The notes under the pieces were generated by a model. The model saw only the letters and a program-made list of their open reading frames with translations, was not told the DNA's origin and searched no databases. This document shows, in pieces, positions 26,124 through 39,948 of a DNA stretch of 64,000 nt (position 1 is its first letter; each line of letters begins with the position of its first letter). Location of the stretch: assembly GCA_964016885.1 (NCBI GenBank), contig OZ024750.1, positions 14,136,001-14,200,000 on the forward strand, given 5' to 3'. Source of the DNA: Eledone cirrhosa. Lineage: Eukaryota. A program made the position numbers and the translations under genes.

Positions 26124-26305
26124 ACTAGAACTGTTTCATTCGTAAGAAATCTCCAGAAAAGACTTTCCTAGTGATTTCTTATGAATGAAACAGTTCTAGT
26201 CCTGTAGAAGTCAGTTCTATAATCAAATGAATATTCCTATACTCTATTAACGTATTGAGTACCTTTTTTCGCCTCCCGATTTACATCGGGATCCTACATT
26301 ATATG

Positions 26306-26337
<32 letters not shown>

Positions 26338-26628
26338 CGTTGGCTGAGTGGTAAGACAATTGGATTCGCAATCGTGAAGTTGTGAGTTCGATTCTTAGAC
26401 CGGGCGATGCGTTATGTCCTTGAGCATGACACTTTATTTCACGTTGCTCCTTCTACCTGGAGTTGCGACCGATAGATAGTATTAGCAATTGGAAAGACCA
26501 GCGAAAACATTGTTTCCTCGGTCCGATTTAATGAAAGTCGATCAACTGTCGATATATATATATATATACTCTTTTACCTGTGCCCAGCCATCCGGCTGAG
26601 GCCATATATCTATCTATATATATATCTA

Positions 26629-26659
<31 letters not shown>

Positions 26660-26811
26660 CGTCTATGGAAGGAACCATCTTATCTACCATCAAACACACA
26701 CATATATATATATATATATATATGTAGAAGTTATATTTAATTTGTTGGGATACAACAAGCAAATATTTTTATAACTGATATAAAGCACTCAACAAATTAT
26801 TGGAGTAAAAT

Positions 26812-27169
26812 TACGATATATTAACAAATGGAAACTATATTTATAAAACCATATTTATTTCATTATACATATTTCAAGGACACCAAGTCAAATTATGGTG
26901 CGCTTTCATCAGATAAAATATAATATAGATCAGTTTTATAAATAAATATTGACATACCCTTAAAGAATGCGACCATTTCTGTTGGAAGCTCCCGGATAGT
27001 CGGAGAGCTTCCAACAGAAATGGCGCATTCTTTAAGGGTATGTCAATATTTATTTATAAAACTGATCTATATTATATTTTATCTGATGAAAGCGCACCAT
27101 AATTTGACTTGGTGTCCTTGAAATATGTATAATGAAATAAATATAGTTTCCATTTGTTAATATATCGTA
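26812..27169. repeat. Fold-back inverted repeat, ~180-bp arms, ~4-nt loop
   Basis: Arms pair almost perfectly around 26997-27000; right arm has CUGAUGA (27083)..GAAA (27120). Confidence 0.9.
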
Positions 27170-27172
27170 TAC

Positions 27173-27719
<547 letters not shown>

Positions 27720-27871
27720 TCAGGTTTGAGGTTCACCACTGTATAGAGCTGGTCTATTCCGTATGGTCAATCGTAATGCAATAATATAGAGAGTACTCAA
27801 CGTAAAGCAGTTCAACCGTCTTTGTTTTTGTAGTTGGTGGTGCTATTACGGAGTTAAATATTATATTTCGA

Positions 27872-27929
27872 ATACCTGATGATATCACCGGATTCATACG
27901 GAACCCGGTCATTGAAATGATCATAGTAT
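27872..27929 (+). ncRNA. Type I hammerhead ribozyme motif (different family)
   Basis: atac-CUGAUGA(27876)-stem II accgg..ccggt-GAAA(27914)-tgatca palindrome-UA-gtat. Confidence 0.72.
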
Positions 27930-27981
27930 AATAAACCTTTCAAGGATTTACACCAGTCCAGCCTCCTGTCATTTCATTATA

Positions 27982-28022
<41 letters not shown>

Positions 28023-28301
28023 ATGTATGAGGTGAGTTTTATTGTAGTACAATAAAGCAATGCAGATATCGGATAAGAAGCACTCTACAGTTTGTAGGAC
28101 TGGAGTATACATAATATAAGATCAAAAGATGGTTAAAGGAGTTCCATGTATTTTATTATGCGCATTTCAAAAACAAACATCATCATGCAATAATATTTGT
28201 GTTTTCATCAGATAAAACAGGAGAACATGATGATGTTTGTTTTTGAAATGCGCATAATAAAATACATGGAACTCCTTTAACCATCTTTTGATCTTATATT
28301 A

Positions 28302-28357
<56 letters not shown>

Positions 28358-28409
28358 CAAATGAATGAGTGAATGAAAGAGTAAGCCGTTAAAACATATC
28401 TTTATATAG

Positions 28410-28497
<88 letters not shown>

Positions 28498-29272
28498 TCA
28501 CACAACCGTTTCCAGTGTTTATACGTACATACTGTAGCTAATCCAGCCTACATGTCTAGACCCGCCCTTCTAACTATATTTTTCAGTCGCTGACTGCATC
28601 GACATAATCACTTTTCTAGTTCATCTCTTCTTTTCTTTTCTTTCTTTACTCTATTCCTTGCTATGTACATACAATATAATTGATGACGCCTATAATTCCT
28701 AAAACTCCCCCTTCCTCATTAAACGTCTGTGCATGCTAATCTGGACGTGTGAACCACTAATAGTAACAAACAAGATGTATACTTGTTGTGTTTACTTTGT
28801 CACAGTTCTTTCTTTCACACACCAAAGTGAGTCGACCAGCCTGTGTAGCCCCGTCCACTTTATTGTAGGCTGGGATACGCTGTTTAATTAAGCCACGCCT
28901 TGCCCAGTATATGGGAGAAGATAACTAACAGGAAATGTACACAAAGGTAATGTATATTGCTCTATTGTTAATATTATAGTGGGCGGGGATTTCAGTTCAA
29001 CAGATACGCCTCTAATCCTCTACTGCTCCATTACATCTCACAGAACACGCAACTAATTCTTGCTAACTTAGATTATATCTACTTCCCTAGTGCACAGTAA
29101 ATCTATACTCCAGATTCATTTATTCGTAACAATACAGTATACAGTCATTCTATAGAACAATATATTTCTAGCTTTACTATAGCTTGCTTTATATGGCGTG
29201 TCTTCGGCATTTTTAACCTGGTGAAGCCCATCCCTTCTCTGGGTCTGAACACAGTCGATTTCTTCCAGAGAT

Positions 29273-29314
<42 letters not shown>

Positions 29315-29530
29315 AGGAAATGAGAAAGAGATGTGGAGGAAGACTCGTCCCAGTACTGGATTGGTACGTTTTTTTTATCGACTTCGTCGAAAAGATGAAA
29401 GGCAAAGTTGACCTCCACCGACAGAGTTCGAGTCCAGAGATCCGGAACCAATATACCGCAACGCATTCTATCGGACGTTCTAGCGACTCTGGCAATTCAC
29501 CACTTTAATAAATATGATGTACACACACAC

Positions 29531-29683
<153 letters not shown>

Positions 29684-29689
29684 CATAGG

Positions 29690-29920
29690 ATTTCTTCTTC
29701 GCCCACTTATTCCTGAGAGGATCATGGGGGGGGGGGGGGGGGCAGAGTCCACAAATACTCCTTCCAACGAGTCCTGTCAGAAGCAACCGTCTCCAATTGG
29801 TTCGGCTGGATCCCCATGCGAAACCAGACATTCTCATGGATGTTATTCAATCATCTTGCTCGGGGGCTACGCCTGGGTCTCCTGCGGGTTGGTTTTTTTC
29901 CCGTAAAATCTGTCCAACGA
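29690..29920 (-). mobile_element. LINE 3'-end fragment with (AAG)n tail; second copy at 47570-47880 (+)
   Basis: Two homologous copies (ggagacggttgcttctgacaggac..ctctcaggaataagtgggcga-aga); RTE-like C-terminal peptide. Confidence 0.65.
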
Positions 29921-30097
29921 TTCTTTCCTGAGAAGGATGAAAAATAAAATTGAGCCTGACAGGATTTGAAACAAGAATGTAATTCATCTGATGATCTCCT
30001 GATTTTGCCATCCACCAGTTGTTATAATGGTGACATCGTCAATCAAGCAATCATGGTGATCGCCTAAAATGACCCATTAAATTGTCTTAAGGCTTAC

Positions 30098-30203
30098 CAT
30101 AATAATATTGATCGGTTTCACATTCTTTTCATGTCCTGAAGGTTTATTAATGAGATATTCACCGAGTGTAACAGTCCAGGCTCCAGCATTTCGAAGAGAC
30201 GGT
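30098..30203 (-). CDS. Protease exon 4
   Basis: Not in the ORF track. Acceptor tttatag; (R)PSLRNAGAWTVTLGEYLINKPSGHEKNVKPINIIM; GTAAGC donor; 106 nt, phase 2 to 0. Confidence 0.92.
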
Positions 30204-30607
30204 CTATAAATATAATAACCCACGTTAATCATGTGATATTATATACATTAAGATATCTAGATTTCATTATAGTAAAATAAAGGGCCCTTAACTGTTGATT
30301 GAGTCGCAGGGACGCCGTCTTGATACACAGCGTTTTAAACTAATACACTTTATATTATTGCATCCTCTTGTTTCCTTGACTTATATATATATATTAAGAA
30401 AAACGACTTATTTCCTTGACTTTATATATATATATAAAGAAAAACGAAGAAGTTTCGTTTACATATAGTTAGTTTTTTATTGTGTATCAACCTGTTACGC
30501 GCGTTTCGCAGAATATTGGCTCAAGGTCACCCATAGAAATTATGGACCCGACTCCAGTATCGATCTGCTGCACTTCAAACAGGTAATTCAACAAAAATAC
30601 CATCGAG

Positions 30608-30972
30608 TATGCCTCCTAAAATGGTGGCTCCAGTGAGAATGAAACCTAGCCTTCCTAAAATGGTAGATCCAGTGAAAATTGAGCCAAGGCCTCCTAATTT
30701 GGTGGATCAAGTGAGAATGGTGTCTAGGCCTCCTAAAATGGTGGATCAAGTGAAAATGGAGGCTGAGCCTCCTAAAATGGTGGATCAAGTGAGAATGGTG
30801 TCTGAGCCTCCTAAAATGGTGCATCCGGTGAGAATGGAGTCTGAGCCTCCTAAAATGATGCATCCGATGAAAATGGTGTCTGAGCCTCCTAAAATTATGG
30901 ATCCGATGAGAATGGTGTCTGAGCCTCCTAAAATTATGGATCCGGTGAGCATCGAAACTACGCCTCCTAAAA
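30608..30972. repeat. 39-bp minisatellite, about 10 copies, in intron 3
   Basis: cctcctaaaat recurs every 39 bp. Confidence 0.92.
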
Positions 30973-32300
30973 TGTCAAGTTCTCTAACAATACATTTACT
31001 CCTGCCTGGAAGTCATTTTATGTATTTATTTATTTTTTATCTTGCAATGTTAACACATTAACCATTCAATTCTAGTTTAGCTAACACTAAAATGAAATAT
31101 ATATAATATAAATCGTAATAAAGTTAGATTTTGAGTCTCTTAAAAATTCCTTGAACGAACTGATCAATGACTGTAACAACATCAAAGTAAACATCTATAC
31201 GTAGGATTCAAATGATATTCAGACTGACTGTGAAAATAGAAATACTGAACGTGACAAATAATATGGATTTACAATATAAATAATTGTATAAATACACTGA
31301 GCAACAACGACAATAAATGACAACGTTTTTATTCTAAATCGAGCGCTCATTTTATATTTTTGACAACACTCGGAGGAGGGGGGAGTGTAGTTTTGTAATT
31401 TTTAACTGGAAAATAAAATACATTTTCACGGAAGTGTGCTACTATCGTTTAAATTTGTTGTAGGGTCTAGAATAGTTGGGTTTTTATTGTCTTCATGCAA
31501 CGTGATCAAATACTAAGACTCTCGTCTCATCATAGATGATTGATAAATACTTTGTAATATCTATGATGGAGCCGTTAGCCGCTTGAAAGGTAACTAAGGA
31601 ATCCCATCTACTCCAGCTTTGAAATCAAGGTGAGCCTTCTCCTAGACAGACTACCAACCAAAACTAACGAGCTCTGTCAACCAGTTGGGGAGGGGTTAAA
31701 CACTATTGGATGGCCGCTAACTCTTTTGTGTTTCTCCCGTCCTTTGACGGGTTTTGTCTTTCATCCAAGAGGGTGTCCAAAAATGACCCTCCTCACCAAG
31801 CCAGCTAGGTGGTTTGCCGGTTTATTCGCCGACAACCCGGCCATATACGTATATACTATACGTATATGGCCGGAATCTGCTCGGAATTTAGGTGGGTCTA
31901 GGAGAAGGAAAGAAGCGGACTTCACTATTTTTAAATCCATTAACATACCACCTCTTTTTTTATTTTTCATTTATATGTGGAAAGAGGCGATGAGGTCGTC
32001 CCAAGATGAACTGGCAGCAGATAATCGACAGAGATATGAAACCCATCAACAAAAGTTGGAGAAATGTATTGATAGATGCAACTGACCGTGGTCATTGGAA
32101 CACTTCGGCTGCCTCGTGTGTCTCAAGACGTGGGATGTATTGATAGATGCAACTGACCGTGGTCATTGGAACACTTCGGCTGCCTCATGTGTCTCAAGAC
32201 GCAGGAGCTACTAAGTCAAAGTCTCAGATATCAAAAATACTTCTTGGAAGCTTTATAGACATGGCAATTTACTACAATCAATTAGATGATTTTATCTTAC

Positions 32301-32487
32301 CTGTAAACGCAATGTGCGGCAGTAAGGATCCATTTAGGACTGATAAGTACTCCACCACATTGGGTTGTATGACTTGAATTCAGTTTTCCTTTGAGCATTA
32401 CTTGCCAAGGCCACTGTCCATCGGTTGCAGCCAAACCACCAACAATATAAGGAGAGATATGATGGTCACACTGAAACCAATCGTATT
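32301..32487 (-). CDS. Protease exon 3 (activation site IVGG, catalytic His)
   Basis: Acceptor ttttcttttcag; [35 protein letters not shown]; GTAAGA donor; phase 1 to 2. Confidence 0.95.
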
Positions 32488-33974
32488 CTGAAAAGAAAAT
32501 TACGAAACATTGCATCTTTAATTTTATATCAATCTTTAGAGGAGAGCGTTTTTGTGTTCACACACTCACACACACGCACACACGCACACATCTATAGATA
32601 CATATGCACACACAAACATTTATGTGTGTTTATATTTTATTCAACGGATACATTATTTGAAGCGGCGAATTAGCAAGTTCGTTAGAACGTCGTATGGAAT
32701 GGTTTGCGGTATTCGTTACAGTACTTTGGGCTCTCTCAGTTCAAATTCCACCGGGTCAATTTGCCTTTCATCATTTCGAGGTCAATAAAAAGTTCCTGTC
32801 TAGTACTAAGAACTTTATTCTTTGACTCTCTCTCTCTCTCTCCCTTCTGGAGAGAATGTATTTTTGTTTCACCTTTATAACTAATAATCTTTGCTGTTCG
32901 TAATAATACTATCAAACTCAGCTTGGACTCGGTTGTATGAGCTTTCCTTCAATCTCTTAATAGCGTCACTCGGGCTAACAAATTTTCGCCTGAAATATAT
33001 ATAATCTCAAATGGTTTTAATTCACTACTTTCAATGACTATAACTTTGAACCAACTTCATAACTTAAAATGTTAACTTAAATGAAATAATTTTTTTTATC
33101 TTATATATAACAAACTATAAAGAAGTAACTAGGAATATAATTTTACCTGAGTGAAGTTAACAAATTGTGATGAGGTACCAAAATAAATAATTCTGATTTA
33201 AGTGGAAATATTATGAGTGTTGGACCAATGTACCATGCCTTTGATATTTTGTCGATTGCTACCGTTAACACGAGTAACAGTGACAAATAAGAGATATACA
33301 AAAACAAAACAGTGTTGTGCCTATACCACTTTCATTTACACATTTAATAACCTCTAATGAACCTCTAACCCTTTTCTAAATCTTCTACTAATGATATATC
33401 ATTATGATAAAATGATTGTTGTCAAAAGAAACCCAGATTGATGATAAGATATATATGAATTTACCTCTAATGGAGAAATATATTGTGATGGATCTAAAAG
33501 AAAAATCATTTGGGTAGACTATCAAACCAGGCCAATGTACACCTTTGAAAACTAAAGTAGTCACGCGTTCGTTTTAGATCAGATGGTATGAAGATTAATT
33601 AGCTATATGTAGCATAACCAAATACCATTTTCCAGTAGAAAGCAGCAAAATGGCTTTAGAGGTTTCTTATTTTTAAATTATATATTTTTACTGTTAAAAA
33701 TATATAATTTTTTATATGGATCTCTCCATGTAAATGCAGATCTTCGAAGATAATATCAGAGCAAAGCAAGAGGTACCAATATCATTTTTATCTCTTCTGG
33801 GTGAAATATTTTACATTTACTAATAGAAAGTTAAAGCAACAAAGAATTTGAGGGGCTTTCAAGTCAATGGGAAAACGAGGGAAAATACTTTCTTTTTTTT
33901 TTTTTTTCATATTAAAACTAAAATAATTCAATCTATTAGTGATATTCTTGATAAACTTTAATAAATAAATTATA

Positions 33975-35326
33975 TGTATTTGTGTGCGTATGTATGTGTG
34001 CCTCTGTGTGTATTTGTATATGTATGCGTGTATGTATATGCATGCATGTGTATATGTGTATATGTTCGTATATGTGTGTATATATGTGTGTATGTATCTG
34101 TGTATGTACATGTGTGTGTATGTGTATGTGTGCCTCTGTGTGTATTTGTATATGTATGCGTGTATGTATATGCATGCATGTGTATATGTGTATATGTTTG
34201 TATATGTGTGTATATATGTGTGTGTGTGTATGTATATGTGTGTATGTACATGTGTGTGTATGTGTATGTATGTGTGCCTCTGTGTGTATTTGTGTATGTA
34301 TATGCATGCATGTGTATATGTGTATATGTTTGTATATGTGTGTATATATGTGTGTGTGTGTATGTATATGTGTGTATGTACATGTGTGTGTATGTGTATG
34401 TGTGCCTCTGTGTGTATTTGTATATGTATGCGTGTATGTATATGCATGCATGTGTATATGTGTATATGTTTGTATATGTGTGTATATATGTGTGTGTGTG
34501 TGTATGTATATGTGTGTATGTACATGTGTGTGTATGTGTATGTATGTGTGCCTCTGTGTGTATTTGTGTATGTATATGCATGCATGTGTATATGTGTATA
34601 TGTTTGTATATGTGTGTATATATGTGTGTGTGTGTATGTATATGTGTGTGTATGTACATGTGTGTGTATGTGTATGTATGTGTGCCTCTGTGTGTATTTG
34701 TGTATGTATATGCATGCATGTGTATATGTGTATATGTTTGTATATGTGTGTATATATGTGTGTGTGTGTATGTATATGTGTGTATGTACATGTGTGTGTA
34801 TGTGTATGTATGTGTGCCTCTGTGTGTATTTGTGTATATATATGCATGCATGTGTATATGTGTATATGTTTGTATATGTGTGTATATATGTGTGTGTGTG
34901 TATGTATATGTGTGTATGTACATGTGTGTGTATGTGTATGTATGTGTGCCTCTGTGTGTATTTGTGTATGTATATGCATGCATGTGTATATGTGTATATG
35001 TTTGTATATGTGTGTATATATGTGTGTGTGTGTGTATGTATATGTGTGTATGTACATGTGTGTGTATGTGTATGTATGTGTGCCTCTGTGTGTATTTGTG
35101 TATGTATATGCATGCATGTGTATATGTGTATATGTTTGTATATGTGTGTATATATGTGTGTGTGTGTATGTATATGTGTGTGTATGTACATGTGTGTGTA
35201 TGTGTATGTATGTGTGCCTCTGTGTGTATTTGTGTATGTATATGCATGCATGTGTATATGTGTATATGTTTGTATATGTGTGTATATATGTGTGTGTGTA
35301 TGTATGTATGTATGTGTGTATGTACA

Positions 35327-35330
<4 letters not shown>
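33975..35330. repeat. ~130-bp higher-order TG/TA minisatellite (about 10 units) in intron 2
   Basis: Marker gcctctgtgtgtatttg recurs every 123-146 bp. Confidence 0.93.
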
Positions 35331-35396
<66 letters not shown>

Positions 35397-35501
35397 GCGG
35401 GCGTATGTGTGTGATTTAAGTACGTGTGAATCTACATCCTACTGTAATCAACTATAACAGATATAACAGATATATAAATCCTGAATTCAGCAACAACTTA
35501 C

Positions 35502-35820
35502 CCGGGTTCTTATTTGTTGAAGGTGGTGTATTGTAAGTGTTCCCCACCACCATATCCGGTGTTACATAGGCAGATTGCCGTGTCGTCCATCTAAACGCTG
35601 GTGTCGTAATGAAGAAGTGGTTAGAGACACTTGTTGACGGCTGATAACAGGAGTCCGGATCCTCGCCAATAAACACACATCTTTGCTCTTCGTCCGACCA
35701 CGTTTGTTTCGTAGGACAATACTGGGTTTTGACAGATTTACTCCGTATACACAAATGATATCTACCACATTGGCGGGGGTCTTGTCGATAGATTACTTGG
35801 CTGTTGCCATAACACGGATC
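35502..35820 (-). CDS. Protease exon 2 (CBM14-like domain 2 + Ser/Thr/Pro-rich linker)
   Basis: Acceptor ttatttccag; DPCYGNSQVIYRQDPRQCGRYHLC..YCPTKQTWSDEEQRCV..SC; GTAAGT donor; phases 0 to 1 match the neighbouring exons. Confidence 0.87.
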
Positions 35821-35930
35821 CTGGAAATAATAGAGAGAGATAGAGAGAGAGAGAGAGAGTGTGTGTCAACTTTTAAATGAAAAAGTTTGATATAAAGAAA
35901 TTAGAATGGGTGTGTATATATATATTATCG

Positions 35931-36130
35931 CAGACCTGTCAACTCTCCACGTCAGATGGGGATATTTACGACCCACTTTGGGGCGAGTGAGAGATGTCTT
36001 CTCTTGTGAAAATGGGTATACCGTAGCTTTCATTATGTAAAATCTCACCTTTTTGCCTCATTTCTACCCGTTTGGGGGCACTTTTTTTCATGGCAGTCTC
36101 CCTTTTGATTTTTAGAGGTTGGCAGGTCTG
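35931..36130. mobile_element. 200-bp MITE in protease intron 1
   Basis: TIRs cagacctgtcaac / gttggcaggtctg; ttatc on both flanks. Confidence 0.65.
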
Positions 36131-36548
36131 TTATCATACGCCATTAAACACCATTCCCCACATCTAATATACATGTTTGTGTGGTCCCGTAACTCGTGAT
36201 GGGTCGTAGAGGCGCCGTAGAGACATACAACGTTTCTAGGACTTTAAAAAAGAAACTGGTGGAGCTCATCCCCTCACCAGGTCTGAATACAGCAGATTTA
36301 TTCCAGAAAAGGATAGAAAGTGAGAGAAGAGGAGTGAAAAAGAGATGTAGAGGAAGAATCGACCTTGAATGGGGTGAATTAATATTTAACAATGACGGCA
36401 GATAAAAATAGGACTGGGCGATACAGAGTATCCATCGCGGGAGACTTTACATAAGTTATTCAATATTTATATGCTTCTTTGATTTAGATACTTTTTTTAG
36501 CTATCTCTTCATTAAAATGTTCAGTATATTAGTGACACATTATCTTGT

Positions 36549-36601
<53 letters not shown>

Positions 36602-36938
36602 TCTTATACATATATATGTGTGTATGTGAATGTGTGTGAGTTTGTGAATAGAACAATGAAAAAAGACAGAAGTCAGAGGTAGGTAGTTAATTAGTTCATT
36701 GTTTTACGATCGTTTCAGAGGGTCGATTGATCATGAAATATCAATGTATCGACTAACATGGTATACATATATATATATACATATACGTTTGTTTGTTGTT
36801 GTTGTTTTTTTTGTTTGTTTGTTTTTTCTTATAATAACACATTACCAAATAATTCCCACTTCCCCTGTAAATTAAAATACAAATATTTCCACGCTTAAAA
36901 CAATCATGAAATCATGAATAAGTAATGTTAATACTTAC

Positions 36939-37229
36939 ACATCTTCGAGAATATTCGTTTCGGCAGCTGCAACTTGGTCTGTCGTCTGCTAAAATTGGAT
37001 GCACACATCTCTGTTGTTGTGTCGACCAGACGTTACGACCTGAACAACGATGACTTGCACTAACTCGGCCATTTTGGCAGCTATAGTAGAAGCTACAATC
37101 ATTAGAATCTCCTGAAACTCTTAAGTATCGGTTGGACTCACACATTGGTTCGCCTTGCACAAAACTCCAGAAGGTTAAACAACTGCAAACAACAGCAGCT
37201 ATCAACAGATTTACGTCAAGATAATTCAT
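36939..37229 (-). CDS. Chitin-binding S1A serine protease, coding exon 1 (signal peptide + CBM14-like domain 1)
   Basis: ATG at 37229; hydrophobic leader MNYLDVNLLIAAVVCSCLTFWSFVQG; 6-Cys module CESN..DCSFYYSC..HRC..VW..QRCV..SC; GTAAGT donor at 36938, phase 0. Confidence 0.85.
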
Positions 37230-37514
37230 GATCCTAGATAATACTCATAGAGCATAAATACACACAGACAGATATGTATATATTATGATGAACAAAAACA
37301 GTGGAGTGCTTTACATTTGTTAAGAAAAAGTCGGCAGGTTTTCAATCAACCAACTTTCTTCAATTGAATATATATATATATGGTAAACACACTTGCTTGC
37401 TAAACGTGGTGCTGTACTCTGTCCTCCGAATGCAGAGGAGTTGAAGTCTCACCAAACGGTGAAATAACTCTGTAGTTGTTTCGGTCCTTTCTATCGCAAC
37501 ACCTATATATGTGT

Positions 37515-37637
<123 letters not shown>

Positions 37638-38258
37638 CGTGCGTGTGTGTATGTATGTATGTATGTATGTATGTATGTATAACGTTATAAACGATTTCTA
37701 AATTGCTGTATATTATATGTAGTTAGAAGAGCAACCAAGATTCATGACCCGGATATGCAGCCGGACCCCTTTAGAGAGAAAGAGGTTAAGGGGCAAATCA
37801 CTTGCTTGGGGCCGGTGGAGGTTCTTCTCTGAAGACCTTCTGCTGTCCAGCACTCCCGAGAGTTTCTTACCACAGTTAGCAGCGCAAACAGTGACTAACT
37901 TCAGTGAAAATAAGTGATAAATCAAAAGTACTATTCGTTCCATTGTGTTTATATGGTAAACAGCAACGGCTGATTTGAATATTAGTGACAGCAAATGATA
38001 GCGCTAATGAAAGAATTATTGACACAAGAAAAGTTCAAGTGTTCATTTAAAGAAGGAGAAAGAACTGGATTCTAGATTAAATCTTACACCGCTATTTCAA
38101 GTTTCAAGCAAAGATCAAATATTCTAACATTTTTCACACTTTTCTTTCTTTTCTTTTTTTTTTGCGTACAACTATTTTTGATTATTTTATTTTGGATTTT
38201 CCTGTGTTCCATTCATATGAATGTGTGTGTATGTGTATATATATGTATGTATATACAC

Positions 38259-38324
<66 letters not shown>

Positions 38325-38464
38325 CTGTGTGTGTCTCTCTCTGTCTGTGAATGTGGGTGTGTGTGTGTGTGTGTGTGTTATACATCTATACAGCTTATTT
38401 TACGAGGTAAATTTCCTTTGTTCTTCTTAGTGTTTCATAAAATCTAAAAATCTAACCGATTGAG

Positions 38465-38915
38465 AGTACATAACTCCCCCCCCCCTGGATAGGATGCCAG
38501 TCCATCGCATGGTTAAAGTCTGTCTCGAGCCCAGAGGTTCATCAAACTGGTACTTATCCCGGTTTCAGAGGCGCGTTAAGGACAGAGAGTATACGACCTT
38601 ACCTAGACAGCACACCTGTCCGTCGCAGGGTTAAAGTCTGTTTCGAGCCAGGAGGCTCATCACGCCGGTACTTATCCCGGTTTCCATGGCATTAAGCAAC
38701 CGACAGTACAAGACTCCTCCCTGGACAGGACGCCAGTCCATCACAGGGTTAAACCTCCAGCTATTACTGGTACTCATTTCCAGCAGAGTATACTGGAACG
38801 ACGTGAAATGAAGTGCTGTGTTCAAGAGCACAACACACAACACAAGTCCCGGAATCGAACCCACGATATTATGATCGTAGATCCAACACCCTTACCACTA
38901 AACCACGCGCCCACA
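38465..38915 (-). mobile_element. SINE with triplicated 3' tail module; related copy at 46490-46770 (+)
   Basis: tRNA-like head at about 38850-38910; three repeats of ctgga.agga.gccagtccatc.cagggttaaa. Confidence 0.75.
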
Positions 38916-39343
38916 CAGTGTTATATAAGGTCATTTGAAATAATTAGAAATGTCACAGCTAAGTAGAAAGTGAAGAAGAAATAATAATAATAATGGTTTG
39001 TTTGCTCAAGAAAATGTTCCGTTGTTTTCTGAGCAACTCACTCACAGCTCTGATATCATCGAGACTTGTACGTTGAAGAATAGGGAAAGGTGAGCGTATT
39101 AAGAGTGTCATCAAACAATCACATACATACATACATACATACATACATACATACATACATACATACATACATACATACATACATACATACATGCATATAC
39201 ACATGGCGGCTGCCAACTCGTTTTCGAGTACGGCCACTACTTTATATCCATGTAGGAGAACCCCTACCGATGCGCTGAACGAGTGTGACATTTTAGTCCA
39301 GCCAGCGACTTGAAAACTCTGGTACAAACACTACACTTGTGAC

Positions 39344-39948
39344 AATTATTGACACATAGTGCTGGGCCCATGGTACCATGTGACGACAAGTGCAGAGAGA
39401 TCTCCAGATATAAAGCAATGCCTGTGCCGTGAAGCTTTTATATATATATGTGTGAATATGTATGTATGTATGTGTGTGAATATGTATGTATGTATGTATG
39501 TGTATATGCATGTATGTATGTTTGTATGTATGTATGCATACATGTATGTATGTATGCATGTATGTATGTATATATGTATGTATGTATGCATGTATGTATG
39601 TATGTGTATGTGTTTCTTGGTGAGGAGGGTGACTTTGGACATCCTGCAGGACTAAAAACAAAACCTGTCAAAGGGCAAAGGAGCTCCGGGAGAGATGATC
39701 CCTTAGCCTTTGTCAAGGCAGAATTCTAGGAGAAGGAAAACTCTGATATAACCCTGATGGTATCCAATGATGTTGACTTGTTCTTCTTTTTGGTAAATAT
39801 CATCTTGGTTAAGAGAGTGGGACTGGCTTTGTGCAGTGCCTTTGCTCACTATAAAAGCTTCACGGCACAGGCATTGCTTTATATCTGGAGATCTCTCTGC
39901 ACTTGTCGTCACATGGTACCATGGGCCTAGCACTACGTGTCAATAATT
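39344..39948. repeat. Inverted repeat, ~98-bp arms, ~410-bp spacer
   Basis: 39344-39442 vs 39850-39948, about 2 mismatches. Confidence 0.9.

Noticed and set aside
33788-35457. ORFs of 425-490 aa in six frames
   Set aside because: TG/TA minisatellite
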